Shown here in pieces: positions 23,510 through 34,670 of a stretch of 64,000 nt of DNA. Location: the NCBI RefSeq assembly GCF_011745625.1, contig NW_027191456.1, forward strand, positions 806,001 to 870,000, given 5' to 3'. This DNA comes from Cladosporium halotolerans (taxonomy: Eukaryota). The notes below the pieces were generated by a model that saw nothing but the letters and a program-made list of their open reading frames with translations, did no database searches and was not told the DNA's origin. Numbering within the stretch: the stretch's first letter is position 1; every line of letters begins with the position of its first letter. Made by a program: the position numbers and the translations under genes.

Positions 23510-24283
23510 TTCTTTACCAATTCATGCTGCACTGTTCCTTTCCAGAGAATGCGACGAATGCTACACTCTGGATGTCCGATTCATATGAGTATCTGAGGCT
23601 TGGACAGCGTACTTACATACAATAGAAACTCAGACGGCCCGCCATAGAAGCAGGGTTTGCTTGGTTGCAAGTCATGTTTGCCTCATCTGGCTAAGAAGTG
23701 TGACCACGCGATATAGTGGAGTAAGCATTGATATCTAGAGCGGCATCAAGCGGCAAAAAGGCTTTGACAAAAACTTCATACAGCATACTAGTGGCCACTG
23801 GAAGTCATCAACTCAAGAGCGAGCCGCACGCAGCCTCGGAATGGATGTCCGCGGAAGCCGTTGTTAGACGGAACCGAAGGTCTGGCAGTGACCTAGCGTG
23901 TTGCCAATGTTGTAAGCTGCAGTTTTCGGCAAACTCGGGTTCCTTAGATGAAATGCTAGGACGTTCTGAAGTCGCTTGTACTACAATAGGCGACCAAGCC
24001 ATTTCAGGCCGTAAGTGGCATCAGTGTCTTTGAACGCGGTCCGGAGGAGGATTATCCGTGCTCCATGGGCTTCTCTAGAAGCCGCCCCGAAATTATGGAG
24101 ACAGCGTTCACTGGAATCGTGGGGATATCTACCTAGGTATGGCGATTGTGGACTAGGTGCATGATATTTGGATGTTAGAGGGATCCTTCCTTCCGGGCTG
24201 GGAGTTTTCGCGGTGTTCGTGCCACGCGAGCGGAGGTGTCCCGCTCCGGGCTGCAGCTCCCTGACCAGTTTCTCTGCCTCACT

Positions 24284-24790
24284 ATGTCATCAGTTGTCGA
24301 GCAACATCCTAGCGAAACCGACAAAAGCAGCGCTACGACAGATATCATGGCGGGAACCGGTGCGGAGTTTCCATGCACGCTGTACGGATCCGATATTGCT
24401 GTTTTGTCATGCGAAACTGCGCGCTGACCCCTCGCCAGCACCATAAACACGCCTTTTCCCACGAACCGCCTCGCAGAAGCAACCCTCAAATCGCTCTCAG
24501 TCGATGAAGAACTCTCACCTCTTGTCCGGCGGTCATTCTCCCTCGTCAACGCTGCTGGAGAAGAAGTTGGAGATGTGGAAGGAAGGACTATCCTCAGAAC
24601 AGAGTATAAGGCCACTACAAACCGCATGCTTCGCGTCGCTGTGAACGGCTTCTTCGAATCTTTGAATGTTGTCGTACAAGTCATGGAAGAATTGGACGTT
24701 GATGTTCTGCATGAAAAAGGACTTGAAGACCTAGAAGGAGTGCAAGGTGTGGAACAAGGGATGATCGGATCGACTGTTGGCGGAGCATGA
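24284..24790 (+). CDS. PCC1: EKC/KEOPS complex subunit Pcc1
   Basis: Exons 24284-24381 and 24439-24790; intron GTACGG..GCTGAC..CAG; gives FPCTLTINTPFPTNRLAEATLKSLSVDEELS..YKATTNRMLRVAVNGFFESL. Confidence 0.9.
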
Positions 24791-25421
24791 GGCTAAACCA
24801 AGCCATCGGCCCATGACCGAACGACGACATATGATGAGACGAGGTTTCTGGCATTGCTCATACGCGCAATTGGCCATCGATCAAGCGACGACACAGCTAT
24901 AGGATGCGCGCGGCCGCAAACAATGCCCAGATTTGAGAACCGCTACATTCTCTCAGATGGGCAGGAGGCAGCGCCGTGTACCAGCAGGCTTAGCGGCCAC
25001 AACCGAAGGCTAAAGAGTCGCGCGAGCAGTCTTGAAGCATGAAAGTCAATCAAAAGCTGCTTTTACATGTGCACGAGCCGCACGAGCCGCTCCATCCTCA
25101 GGATGAATGCCTAAATTATAGGCAAGGCAAGCGGTGGCCCGTCCACTCTATGGACAAGAGGCATCAACGCTTGATGCCGGCCGTGCTCTTGTCGCGACAT
25201 TTCCGCGCGGCAATTATTATATGGTAAACATCGAATCAGCCGAAGTCGGGCTGCCACCCCTGCAACTCTTATCTATCGACAGCCAAGGTAGCCAAGCTTA
25301 AATATGTCATTGCAGATATGTAACCCGAGAACGGCCATTTCAGTATATGTTCGCATAAAACGTTCGATTCGCCTGCTCATACTTCGCCTTGCCAGTCTCA
25401 CGATATTCAGGGTACCCCATC

Positions 25422-27053
25422 ATGCGCATCGTCGAACTGCTAGCTGCCACGCTTGCATTGGCCCCCAGCACTGCTGCCTTTGATCCACTAGAAGCCACGA
25501 TCGCCTCCACGCATCATGATCTATACACTGGTTTGACGACTTGTCGCGAGATTGTCGAGTCCTTTATATCTCGTATCGAGTCTCTCAACAACCGAACTAA
25601 TGCCATCATTGCACTAAACCCCTACGCTCTGGAAGATGCAGACGATTGTGACAAGAAGCTTGCAGCCAACAATGGCACCTATGGACGCCTTTTCGGCATT
25701 CCTATATTGCTAAAGGACAACTTTGACACCTCATTCATGCCAACAACAGGCGCCAATGCCGACATGGCACATTCACAGCCGACGGTTGATGCACCTTCAG
25801 TCGCAGCGTTCAAGAACGCTGGCGCCATCATTCTCGGCAAGACAAACCTTCATGAGTTGGCCCTCGAAGGAATCAGCGTCTCTTCTCTCGGCGGCCAGAC
25901 TATCAATCCGTACGACTTAATGCGGACGCCAGGCGGAAGTTCAGGTGGCACCGGCGCGGCAATCGCGGCTTCCTTTGCAGTATGGGGCACTGGTACAGAT
26001 ACAGTCAACAGTCTGCGAAGTCCAGCTAGTGCAAATAGCTTGTGGAGCCTTCGGCCTACGAGGGGATTAATCAGCAGGGCAGGTGTGATCCCAATCTCGT
26101 ACACACAAGATACCATTGGACCGATTGCACGCTGCGTTCAAGACGTTGCGACTGCCCTTACTGTCATGGCTGAGGGAAAATACGACGCAGACGACAATGT
26201 CACAGCTCTGGTTCCGGCCGGTATCAAAGGGACCGACTATGGCTCCTCGCTCAGTGCAGGTTCACTGAAGGGCTTGCGATTTGGTCTCTTGGAAGGGTTC
26301 TTCAATCGCACAGCTTCGGACGAGACAACGCCGGTGAACGACGCGATGAGAATGCAAGTTGAAAAGATACGCCGTGCAGGAGCTACGGTAGTGCCCATCA
26401 ACGACACCATATACGATGCCAACAAAATCATCAGCGCCCTCGATGTTCAGCGGTACGAGTATCGCGAGGAGCTGACCAAATACCTTCAAAAGCCATTGCT
26501 TTCCGGTATCCATCCCAATTCGACGGAGGAACTATACGCCAGCGACAAGTTCCTCGTGCTACCTTCGGGCTACGAATATGTAACAACATCGCTTGTATCT
26601 TCTACCTCCAACGCGAGCTATGACACAGCACTCGCTGGCATCCAGAACCTGACTTTGGCTCTCCAGAAGACTTTCGTAGCGAGCCATCTAGACGCTTTAA
26701 TCTACCCGGAACAGAAGAACCTTGTGGTCAAGCTTGGTTCGCCTTCTCAAAGCGGTCGTAACGGCATCCTTGCCGCGTTGACGGGCAGTCCTGTTGTCAC
26801 GGTGCCTGCGGGATTTAGCCCTGCTACAGATACTGCCCCTGATGGCGTTCCGATTGGGATGGAGATATTGGGCAGGCAGTGGACGGAGCAGAAGCTGCTC
26901 CAGATTGCGTATCAGATCGAACAGCTTGGACGGGTGAGGAAAACACCGTCCTGGGCAAGACAGCGCGTGAACGTGCGAAACTACACAAGCGTGCCAACTA
27001 TTGTGCCGAATGTAGGGAACATTCCTGATGAGTATCCTCTCGGGCAGCTATGA
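25422..27053 (+). CDS. Secreted amidase-signature family enzyme
   Basis: Signal peptide MRIVELLAATLALAPSTAA; GIPILLKDN, PGGSSGGTGAA, GTGTDTVNSLRSPAS. Confidence 0.93.
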   Translation: MRIVELLAATLALAPSTAAFDPLEATIASTHHDLYTGLTTCREIVESFISRIESLNNRTNAIIALNPYALEDADDCDKKLAANNGTYGRLFGIPILLKDNFDTSFMPTTGANADMAHSQPTVDAPSVAAFKNAGAIILGKTNLHELALEGISVSSLGGQTINPYDLMRTPGGSSGGTGAAIAASFAVWGTGTDTVNSLRSPASANSLWSLRPTRGLISRAGVIPISYTQDTIGPIARCVQDVATALTVMAEGKYDADDNVTALVPAGIKGTDYGSSLSAGSLKGLRFGLLEGFFNRTASDETTPVNDAMRMQVEKIRRAGATVVPINDTIYDANKIISALDVQRYEYREELTKYLQKPLLSGIHPNSTEELYASDKFLVLPSGYEYVTTSLVSSTSNASYDTALAGIQNLTLALQKTFVASHLDALIYPEQKNLVVKLGSPSQSGRNGILAALTGSPVVTVPAGFSPATDTAPDGVPIGMEILGRQWTEQKLLQIAYQIEQLGRVRKTPSWARQRVNVRNYTSVPTIVPNVGNIPDEYPLGQL

Positions 27054-27504
27054 TGGTGTTAAGATCGCCATACACGGGTTTAGTCGCGGGGACGGACGCC
27101 GTTGTGAGAAACCTAAAGTACTCATGGGTATTACCGATATAGAAATTCACGATGAGCTGCTCAATCAAGAAAAGTCAATAATCGAGGGTATGAGAAACAT
27201 TAATCCGCCCGTCGTGATGCCAAGGCTGGTGGCTGATCGCCGCCTGACATGTCCCTCAGCTGGCCATCCGATATGAGCTGTAACCTCCAAACTCGTCGCT
27301 GACCAGAAGGGAACAGGGTAAAATCTAAGCGACGTCTGATCAAGTGAAGGGTATTTGGGACTCAACATATATGAAGCGCAAACACCTTGGGGCTCACCTG
27401 GAAGACCTGTCACGTTCGACTGCCTGCTAGCTCTCACGTCAAATGCCCGAAATTGGATCCTGCCTTTGCTGCCAAACCGAAGAACAGGACTCGACCAATA
27501 AAAG

Positions 27505-29807
27505 ATGTTCCGTGAGATCTCAGCCCGTCAGCCGCGCGGAAGCTATGCGAAACTCATCTGTCTCAACTGTCGCTCCCGCAAGATCAAATGCAGCCTTCCC
27601 GAAGACGTCGAGATTGAACCCTCGCAGACTCCGCAGCCACCAGAACGAGCCTGCATGCGATGTCAACAACAAGGCTTGGATTGTGTCGTCGACAAAACCG
27701 TTCTCGGCAGGCCGTCACAAAAGCGTCGTCGGCCCGAGCAGACCAAAATCGAGGATGAGGCGCCCGCAGAGGGAAGCGTCAGTCAAGGTTTGGAGTACGA
27801 CGATCCCGACGTCCAAGACTTTGTGCTCTCGGATCTGAGGGCCGAGGTGAATGATATCGACACAGTGCTCTCGCTACCGTCGAGGGCGAAGCCAAGTAAG
27901 CGAGAAGTATTTGAAGCATTGATGGATTCCACGCATCTGTTTTCGGCTCTGATTTCGAGAGATGCGCGATTCGCAACTCGTGCCTTCGGGCTGCATGTGG
28001 ATGCATCAATTGATTGGACCGAAATGTTGGATGGGGAGTTGACTACATCTCTGGACGATCGGTAAGTATCATTTTGGTCAAGAGAGGGCGACAGTCGTGG
28101 GCGCAATAGAATCACCACGTGGGAGCCCTAATCGTAGCATGATCAGAAATCTGACGGGTTTGCAGCCTAGTCTGGCATCGCCTTCATTCTCCGTATTTGC
28201 CGACCCTCCAGCAACTACGACAGAAACTGCTTAGCAGAGGAGACGGACTGCAGTCTACGAAGGCTCTCTTCGCAATGCTTTGCCTGATCTCACTTGACGT
28301 GCCTTCCCAAAGCCATCAATCCTCGCATACTTTGTGGCGGGAGCTTCAAGCTTTGGTGCATTCCTCGTGTCAAGCCCTGTTGTTTGACTTGCCGGTTGAC
28401 GAGCATGCACTCTTCGTCCTGGAATTGATCAACTCTTACAAACCGCTAGCCCTCGCGACTGGGCGAAGCGTTGCTTCTAGATCCATCAAAGGTAGCTTGA
28501 GTGCTACCCTGGCGAAGAATATCGCTCAGAAGTTGGGGTATGACGCTGCAGCTGACCGATTGCAAGCGATGCTCAATGGAAAAGAGGACCTAAACACTGT
28601 TATACTGCTCAAGGCCGTGCTGGAGGCTTTGCAGTGGTGCATGTGGGTGATGCTGGAGTCTATCATTGACGGATATGTCATGAAAGCAGTCACTGAGCAG
28701 TCTAGTCCTTTGCCTGAAGCGAGGAAGATCCTGGCCGCGGTCAAAAGGGCCGTCGATGCTGTTGCCCTTCCGCCCGCGGTACTTTTCATGTACCATCACC
28801 TCACCAGCGCCAGCATCGAAATGCAAGCTGCTGTCATGGCAAAACAGAGATGGCTAGACCTATCAGCTCTAGCCAAGCTCATAGATTCGCATGACGAAAA
28901 GTGTGAGAAACATAAGGAATACATCAAACAGCTTTTGAAGAGGTGTGATCGGAATGATAACCCTTGTGTCGACCAAGAGATCAGAGCAATCATCCAGCTC
29001 CGTACGACAGATCTGAACGCTTCTCATGTCCGCATCTCAGGCTTGTGTATATTCTACGGCCTCATGTCAGGCTTAAGGCCACCGGGCGCCGACCGAGAGG
29101 TCACGCCTGACGAAGCCATGCAGGTCAGTTCCGAGATCATTTCAAATCTCACGACAAAACACCACACGCTCAACGACCCCACTTCGGTATCATCATTCAT
29201 CGCCAAGTACGGCGACCCGCGCTTCGCCAAACAAGAGCAAATCTTGCGAGACTTTATCACTACCGCGGATACATATTACCTGAGGGGCGTTCCTTACACG
29301 CCCCCTTCTGTGCCGATTGTCAGCGTCCTCCTATCTACCTGCAGGGAGATTGTAGAAAACAATGCGACTCGTCTCAAAGGATGGGGCGGCCTGCATCCCA
29401 ACGTTGATGTCCACTTGCTACTACTTCAAGATGTAGCCAAGCGTCTTGAGGGCATGGATGCCGCAGGTGGCTACGCCGACGCCATTGCAAAGGGAAGCAT
29501 CTATGCTTCTGGAGCGAAGCTGGTAAAGAGTCTTTGCAGCATTATTGCTGGATGGCGGAAGACAATTGCAGAACAGGAGGTAAAGAACGCAGCCGCTAGG
29601 GGTGGAAATGAAGAGGCAAAGGCAGAAGCGGCACTACCCACTGAGTTCGACGGGGTAGAAATGTTTCTTTCAGGCGAGCTACTGGACGACTGGGCCGAAT
29701 GGCCGCAGCAAGAAGACCTGGACTTTTCGGAGCTCCTTGCAGATGGGCTGGAATGGGTTGACTGGGCGCAGCTGACACCGCCATCGGACGGTAGTGTTCT
29801 CATCTGA
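27505..29807 (+). CDS. Zn(II)2Cys6 transcription factor
   Basis: CLNCRSRKIKC...CMRCQQQGLDC with an unusually long loop; intron 28062-28165 (GTAAGT..CTGAC..CAG) joins in frame; acidic/aromatic C-terminal activation-like tail. Confidence 0.88.
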
Positions 29808-29866
29808 GATGATTTTGCATTGAACAAGGAATGATCAAGGAAGCTACGGTTACAGAGTGGAGGTCG

Positions 29867-30911
29867 CTAGAAGTACTGATCTAGTACTCTGTTGCGATGG
29901 TTCACCAGATTTTGATGCTGTGCAATTTGTGTTGCGAGGCCGTTGGAACCCCAGGGCAGCTCCTCGTCTAGAATGAGATGAGTGTACGCGAAGATGCTCG
30001 CATCAAGCATGCTGGGCTGCGACTGGCTGAAAAACCACTCGCCTTCTCCCAAGAGTTCTGACAGCGCGGAGAATGCACTTCTAGCATCCCGTATGATATC
30101 CTCCTCTGATACAGTGTTGGAGTAAGAGGATTTGCAGAGCTCGCTTTCCGCCGCATCTCTCAGCTGGTGGTATATTGCGAGTTGGACGGGTAACGTTGAA
30201 GAGCAAGGTGCGACGTAAAGCTTGTGGACAAGAGAAGCATTGGAAGGGTGAAGATATAGTTGGTAAAGCTGTTCGTGATTAGTGAGAAATCCTAGTCTCA
30301 GCGCTTGATCAGGCCGACACACCCATGCTTTTCGCAAAGCGTTGTTCACCAAGGAGGCATATGATTCGTAGCGCAGATCTTCTGACTCTTCTGTCGCTTT
30401 TGATGTCTGGGTAGTTGCCCATTTCCTGAGCTTGTTGCTTGGGACAGCGTCAGGTATAGTCGATGACTCTTTCGCTTGTGCAGCAGGCTGCATGAATGGC
30501 AAGATTCCGGACGGCGATCCATGATTACTTGATGGAATCGTGCTGTATTCCAACCCCGAGAAGTTCAGGTAGGCCTGTACCATTCACGGTTTAGCCTCAT
30601 TACTTCGCGATTGTACCCGGCATAATCCTCACCTGCCATTTTAAACATCCTGGGTTGAAACTTGGTCTTCCCTTCTTTGCATCCTCTAATGTAGTGAACA
30701 CGTGCAGCACATGCTGATCTTTCTGCCTAGATGCTCTCAACGGAAGCTCGTTCTCGCCATATTGGACGAGCGGAAACTTGTCGAACACTCGCTTGAGTGG
30801 GGGAGGAATTCGGAAGATGCTGCTTTGTTGTTGCTGTGACCATGTGGCCGCTGGAGGGCCGCCGGCAGTCTGCGTCATGGAGGTTCGAGGTGGAATATCA
30901 TCTTTGGGCAT
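29867..30911 (-). CDS. SAM35: Mitochondrial SAM complex subunit Sam35/Tob38 (metaxin-like, GST fold)
   Basis: Exons 30911-30633, 30574-30323, 30268-29867; PPPLKRVFDKFPL, PSFNPGCLKWQAYL, SNHGSPSGILPF, LDASIFAYTHLIL. Confidence 0.85.
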
Positions 30912-31000
30912 GGCTGCCTCTTTGACCGATGCCCGCTGTCAACATGTCGCGCTCGGGGGTTTGGACTGCCACGTGCGGCGAGCGTCCCTAAGCAGTTAGA

Positions 31001-31018
31001 CCCTAACCCTAACCCTAA
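31001..31018. repeat. Interstitial telomere-type repeat (CCCTAA)3
   Basis: ccctaaccctaaccctaa ~90 bp upstream of the SAM35 ATG. Confidence 0.85.
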
Positions 31019-31599
31019 AAAAATAAGCGTAACGTTTGCTGAAACAATTATTCACCACATATTTGGGCCTCCATCCACTGATATGTCATTCAACATCCCC
31101 GTCAAAGAGAGGGAAAGACCCTCGGGTGTGCGTGGCTGCAATTCTGTCAAGGGCCGCGAAAGCATAGCGGCTGGTGACAAGGTTCGAACTCTCGTCGTGT
31201 GAGGAACTGGGGACAATCTCTGGGTGTGGACGGCTCCCTTCGTTGTATCTCAAATGCAAGTCAAGTAGCGAAATGACAAACATAACTCAAGGTTTACAAC
31301 TTGACATAGTGTGAACCGTTGCGGGACGATACTCGAATCGTGGGCCATCAAGCAAGGGGGAAAGAAGCGCGATCCCTAACTACGCTCTAACGATGTTTGA
31401 TCGATCGATAAATAAGGTGTTGTGCTGCGTACTTCTGGGTGTAGCGGTTGCTGAACCTCACTAGGTGCAAGCGTTGTACACTATCTGCATGTTCTACAAT
31501 GTGCTTGCTAAGAGCTCCGAATGCCAATCATTATCTGTAGAAATCTTATTAGCAAGGTTCATAACGTTGTCAGGTTCTCCCTAGAAGGCCGGCGTCACA

Positions 31600-31689
31600 A
31601 AATCTCAGGAGTAGATATTCTAAGTATTCGCAGCATTTGCCGAAGCATATGAGTGAGCTGGGTAAACTTAAGTGTTCTCATCTCGGAAG
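31600..31689 (-). ncRNA. Intronic box C/D snoRNA, snR71-like (predicted guide for the LSU rRNA A2946-equivalent 2'-O-methylation)
   Basis: Variant C box GAGATGA (31684-31678); D box CTGA (31608-31605); guide ACCCAGCTCAC (31663-31653) complementary to the conserved LSU sequence GTGAGCTGGGT, followed by T and D'-like CATA; 13-bp flanking stem; lies in intron 31728-31535 (GTATGT..GCTAAT..CAG). Confidence 0.8.
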
Positions 31690-33435
31690 TGACGACGGCC
31701 TTGGGCGGAAGAAAAGTTCGCAACATACCATGTGCGCCAATGTTGGCGGCCCAGTAGGCGCCTGCCCATTGCAGGTTCTCGAAAAGAGGGTGCTGTGTGT
31801 CAGTCCAAACTCTGTGGGACCATCGCGGCCACAGTGAATTGCCGTGTCGCATTGGCCTGGTCCCTAACTCAATCGGAACGCCCTCATAACAGTCTCGCCG
31901 CCAGCTGAACCCTCTAAGCGTTCGCTCTGCTGCCAGTACAAGGTGAGAGGGTCGCCGTTCTTAGAGCTGAGGTGACATAGAGTAAAACGATGCATAAGTC
32001 TGCATGTGATGGGCAAAAGGGCCGGGTAAAAAGGGTTAGCACATCAGAAACGGGAGGATGGTTGTCCGGTGCACTCGACGTCAGACCACAGACGTGCCGC
32101 TGTCAGGTGCGTTCCATCGTGCAAGATGTGCGACAAAGGGGGATCGGACGTGACGCGAAGTACAACTCTGAAGTTGGAAGAAGAAAGCCCCTGCATCAAT
32201 CGAAAATTCGCTTCCAAACCCGGCTTCGGTGGAAAGGACCGTGACCTGCTTGCAAGTTTAGACGCCGCAGGGCTTCCAATGGTGCGTGCGGGCTGCGATG
32301 ATGGAGCTGCCAAGCGGCATTAACCCGATGGCCATCATGCGGCACGACCCACTCAACCGAAGTGTCACCTGCATGGGCGGACCTGCTGCCAAAGCTCGGA
32401 GCCAAGCTTGTTCTACTCGACCGTGTCGACCTGGCGTGCCCTTGGTGCCTGGCGTGCCTGATTGGACCATGGTGGCACTAGACAGACGGGCTGGCGAGTC
32501 AGTCGGTAAAGGTCGGCAAGCTGAGATTGATTGGCGAACGGCCCTCTTTGCGACCTCTCCTGGCTCCTATGATGCATGAGGTGTCGCTGCTGTTGCCGAA
32601 TCTATCTCACCAAGATGCAGAATCTGACCCATCAGGTTGACAACATTCACCCACCACGTTTGCTAAAAGGCCTGCTAAGATCGAATTGCCTTTAAACGGC
32701 AGAGCTTCTTTGGCTTTGGCATCGGTCAACGCCAAAAACGGTTTGCTACAGAGATTCCGCGGGTGATCCACTGTGTTTCTAAGCAGAGGCATCAAGTTGA
32801 ATTCCGTGCACGGGAGATGTTGGACTAAGCTTTGATTACGGGCCCATAACTTTTCGGGTGCCGGGGCAAAGATAGTGGGAAGATCCCCGAGCCGGAGCCA
32901 TCCTCCGAAACCGATTTCCGTATTAGACCTGCATTCGGAAGCGCGAGAATAGCATCAGATGATGAGAGAGTCTTTGTCCGATAGATCCGAAGCATGAAAG
33001 CGACAGTGCACACATGCAAAGCCGCCGGATCGATGCTATCGCAAGAGTGTTGAGCCAGTATGGTGAGAGTCAAGGCCAGCCACCACGTGCCGCCGTTGTT
33101 CCACCGGCTCCGACTTCAGTCTTGGCCAAGCGCTAGGGCTTCTGTTGATTGTCCCCAGGCAGCTCTCCCGGCCACCGCGCTCGAGAGAGACGGCAACAAT
33201 CGCGATCACTAGGATGCGCTATTGCAGGTCGCATCATTGTCCGACCTGTTGGCCGCTGTGGAGAGGGCGCCGGCAAAAGCCACTAGGAAGTAGGCCAGAC
33301 ATAGCAACGGTAGCTGTATCTCTTTCACTTGTCTGTTCCCTCACACCGACACACCTCTGCTCGCTTTGACCGTTGTTCTTTTGCTTTGCTTGGGTCGCAT
33401 CACGTCGCAATCGCAGCTTGGATCGAGAATTCACG

Positions 33436-34014
33436 ATGCCTTTTCAAATGATGGAGAAAAGGGCGACCACTGGTGGAAAGGGAGGCCTTAGCTATGAAGC
33501 AATCACAGCTATCACGATTTGCGTTGCTGGTTTCGTTATGTTGATGGTGCTCGCCTGTGCCATCAATATGCGGAGAAGAAAGGGTGACGAAGGCAAAGTC
33601 GACGCCTCGGACCTCGACCCCGAACAGCAGACCTACATGCGCGACGTCAGATACCGCAACCGCGACACACTTACTGGAACGAACCACTTCACATTGGCCG
33701 CCGGCTCCAACCCGCCCAGTCGTCAACCTACCAACTATATGTCCAGGTCTGGAATGAGCGGTTACGGCTACGACGAAGTCTACACTCCTGGTTGGGAGTC
33801 GGGCAACACGACAAAGCGTAGCAGCTCAGCATACGTCGACCACTCTCCCGAAGGTGGATACTTCAACGACTACGCCGCCCCTGTTGGCCAACCGGTTACC
33901 TACCAAGCTCCCAACGAGATGTCTGAGAAGCCCGCCATGAACGCAGCCGTCCAAGAGGCCGAGCCTACGCCTTACGCGCCCGCAGACCCCAACAACCACA
34001 ACGAAAAGATCTGA
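33436..34014 (+). CDS. Hypothetical single-pass membrane protein
   Basis: TM segment AITAITICVAGFVMLMVLACAI followed by RRRK; S/Y/P-rich tail. Confidence 0.75.
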   Translation: MPFQMMEKRATTGGKGGLSYEAITAITICVAGFVMLMVLACAINMRRRKGDEGKVDASDLDPEQQTYMRDVRYRNRDTLTGTNHFTLAAGSNPPSRQPTNYMSRSGMSGYGYDEVYTPGWESGNTTKRSSSAYVDHSPEGGYFNDYAAPVGQPVTYQAPNEMSEKPAMNAAVQEAEPTPYAPADPNNHNEKI

Positions 34015-34670
34015 GGAAGCTTCACACTACCATGGAACCAGCCTAATCCAGGAAAGAGTACACAGCCCCGGAAGGCTACATAATGAACATAGACGGCTAC
34101 ATTTCGAGGCAACGAACAGTAACGCGTGGAAAGCCACTACGCTGGACGTAGACCGAGACGGGCGACTGCCCATCATGGAACGATTATGCGAAGGCTACTC
34201 GCATTGCATTGGAGTTTAAGAACTTGGGATACATGCAACAGCGGCATCAGTGCAGACAAGCAACAGCTTGCTTTGCAGACATACAAGTACGGACCCTGGA
34301 TGGGTGAACAGCATTAGACATTCCAGGCATTCAAGAGGCCGAGAAGGAAGTTGGCATTTTCGCTAGAGAGGGCTCTCGTATATTTACATATTTTCGAATA
34401 ATGCAATGGCAGGGCTTGCCCACGAGCCTACTTTGCGATGAGAGGGCCATCACCATTTCATGAGACGAATGCGCAGGATGAGCTTAAATACACACGAAGC
34501 TTATTGATTACACGAGAAGATCTTATTCGAAGGTAAGAGATCTGCCGTATCTTGTTGCGCTCAATCATACAGAAAGCAAAAGGGAACATCGTTCATCATC
34601 CCCAACGGCGTCATCATTGCGATCAGCATCATACACATCAAATTGTCAAGAGCGGACTCTTCGACAATCT

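Noticed and set aside
31001..31018. Chromosome end or telomerase template
   Set aside because: Only three repeats within gene-dense DNA, longer than a typical template, and no pseudoknot found
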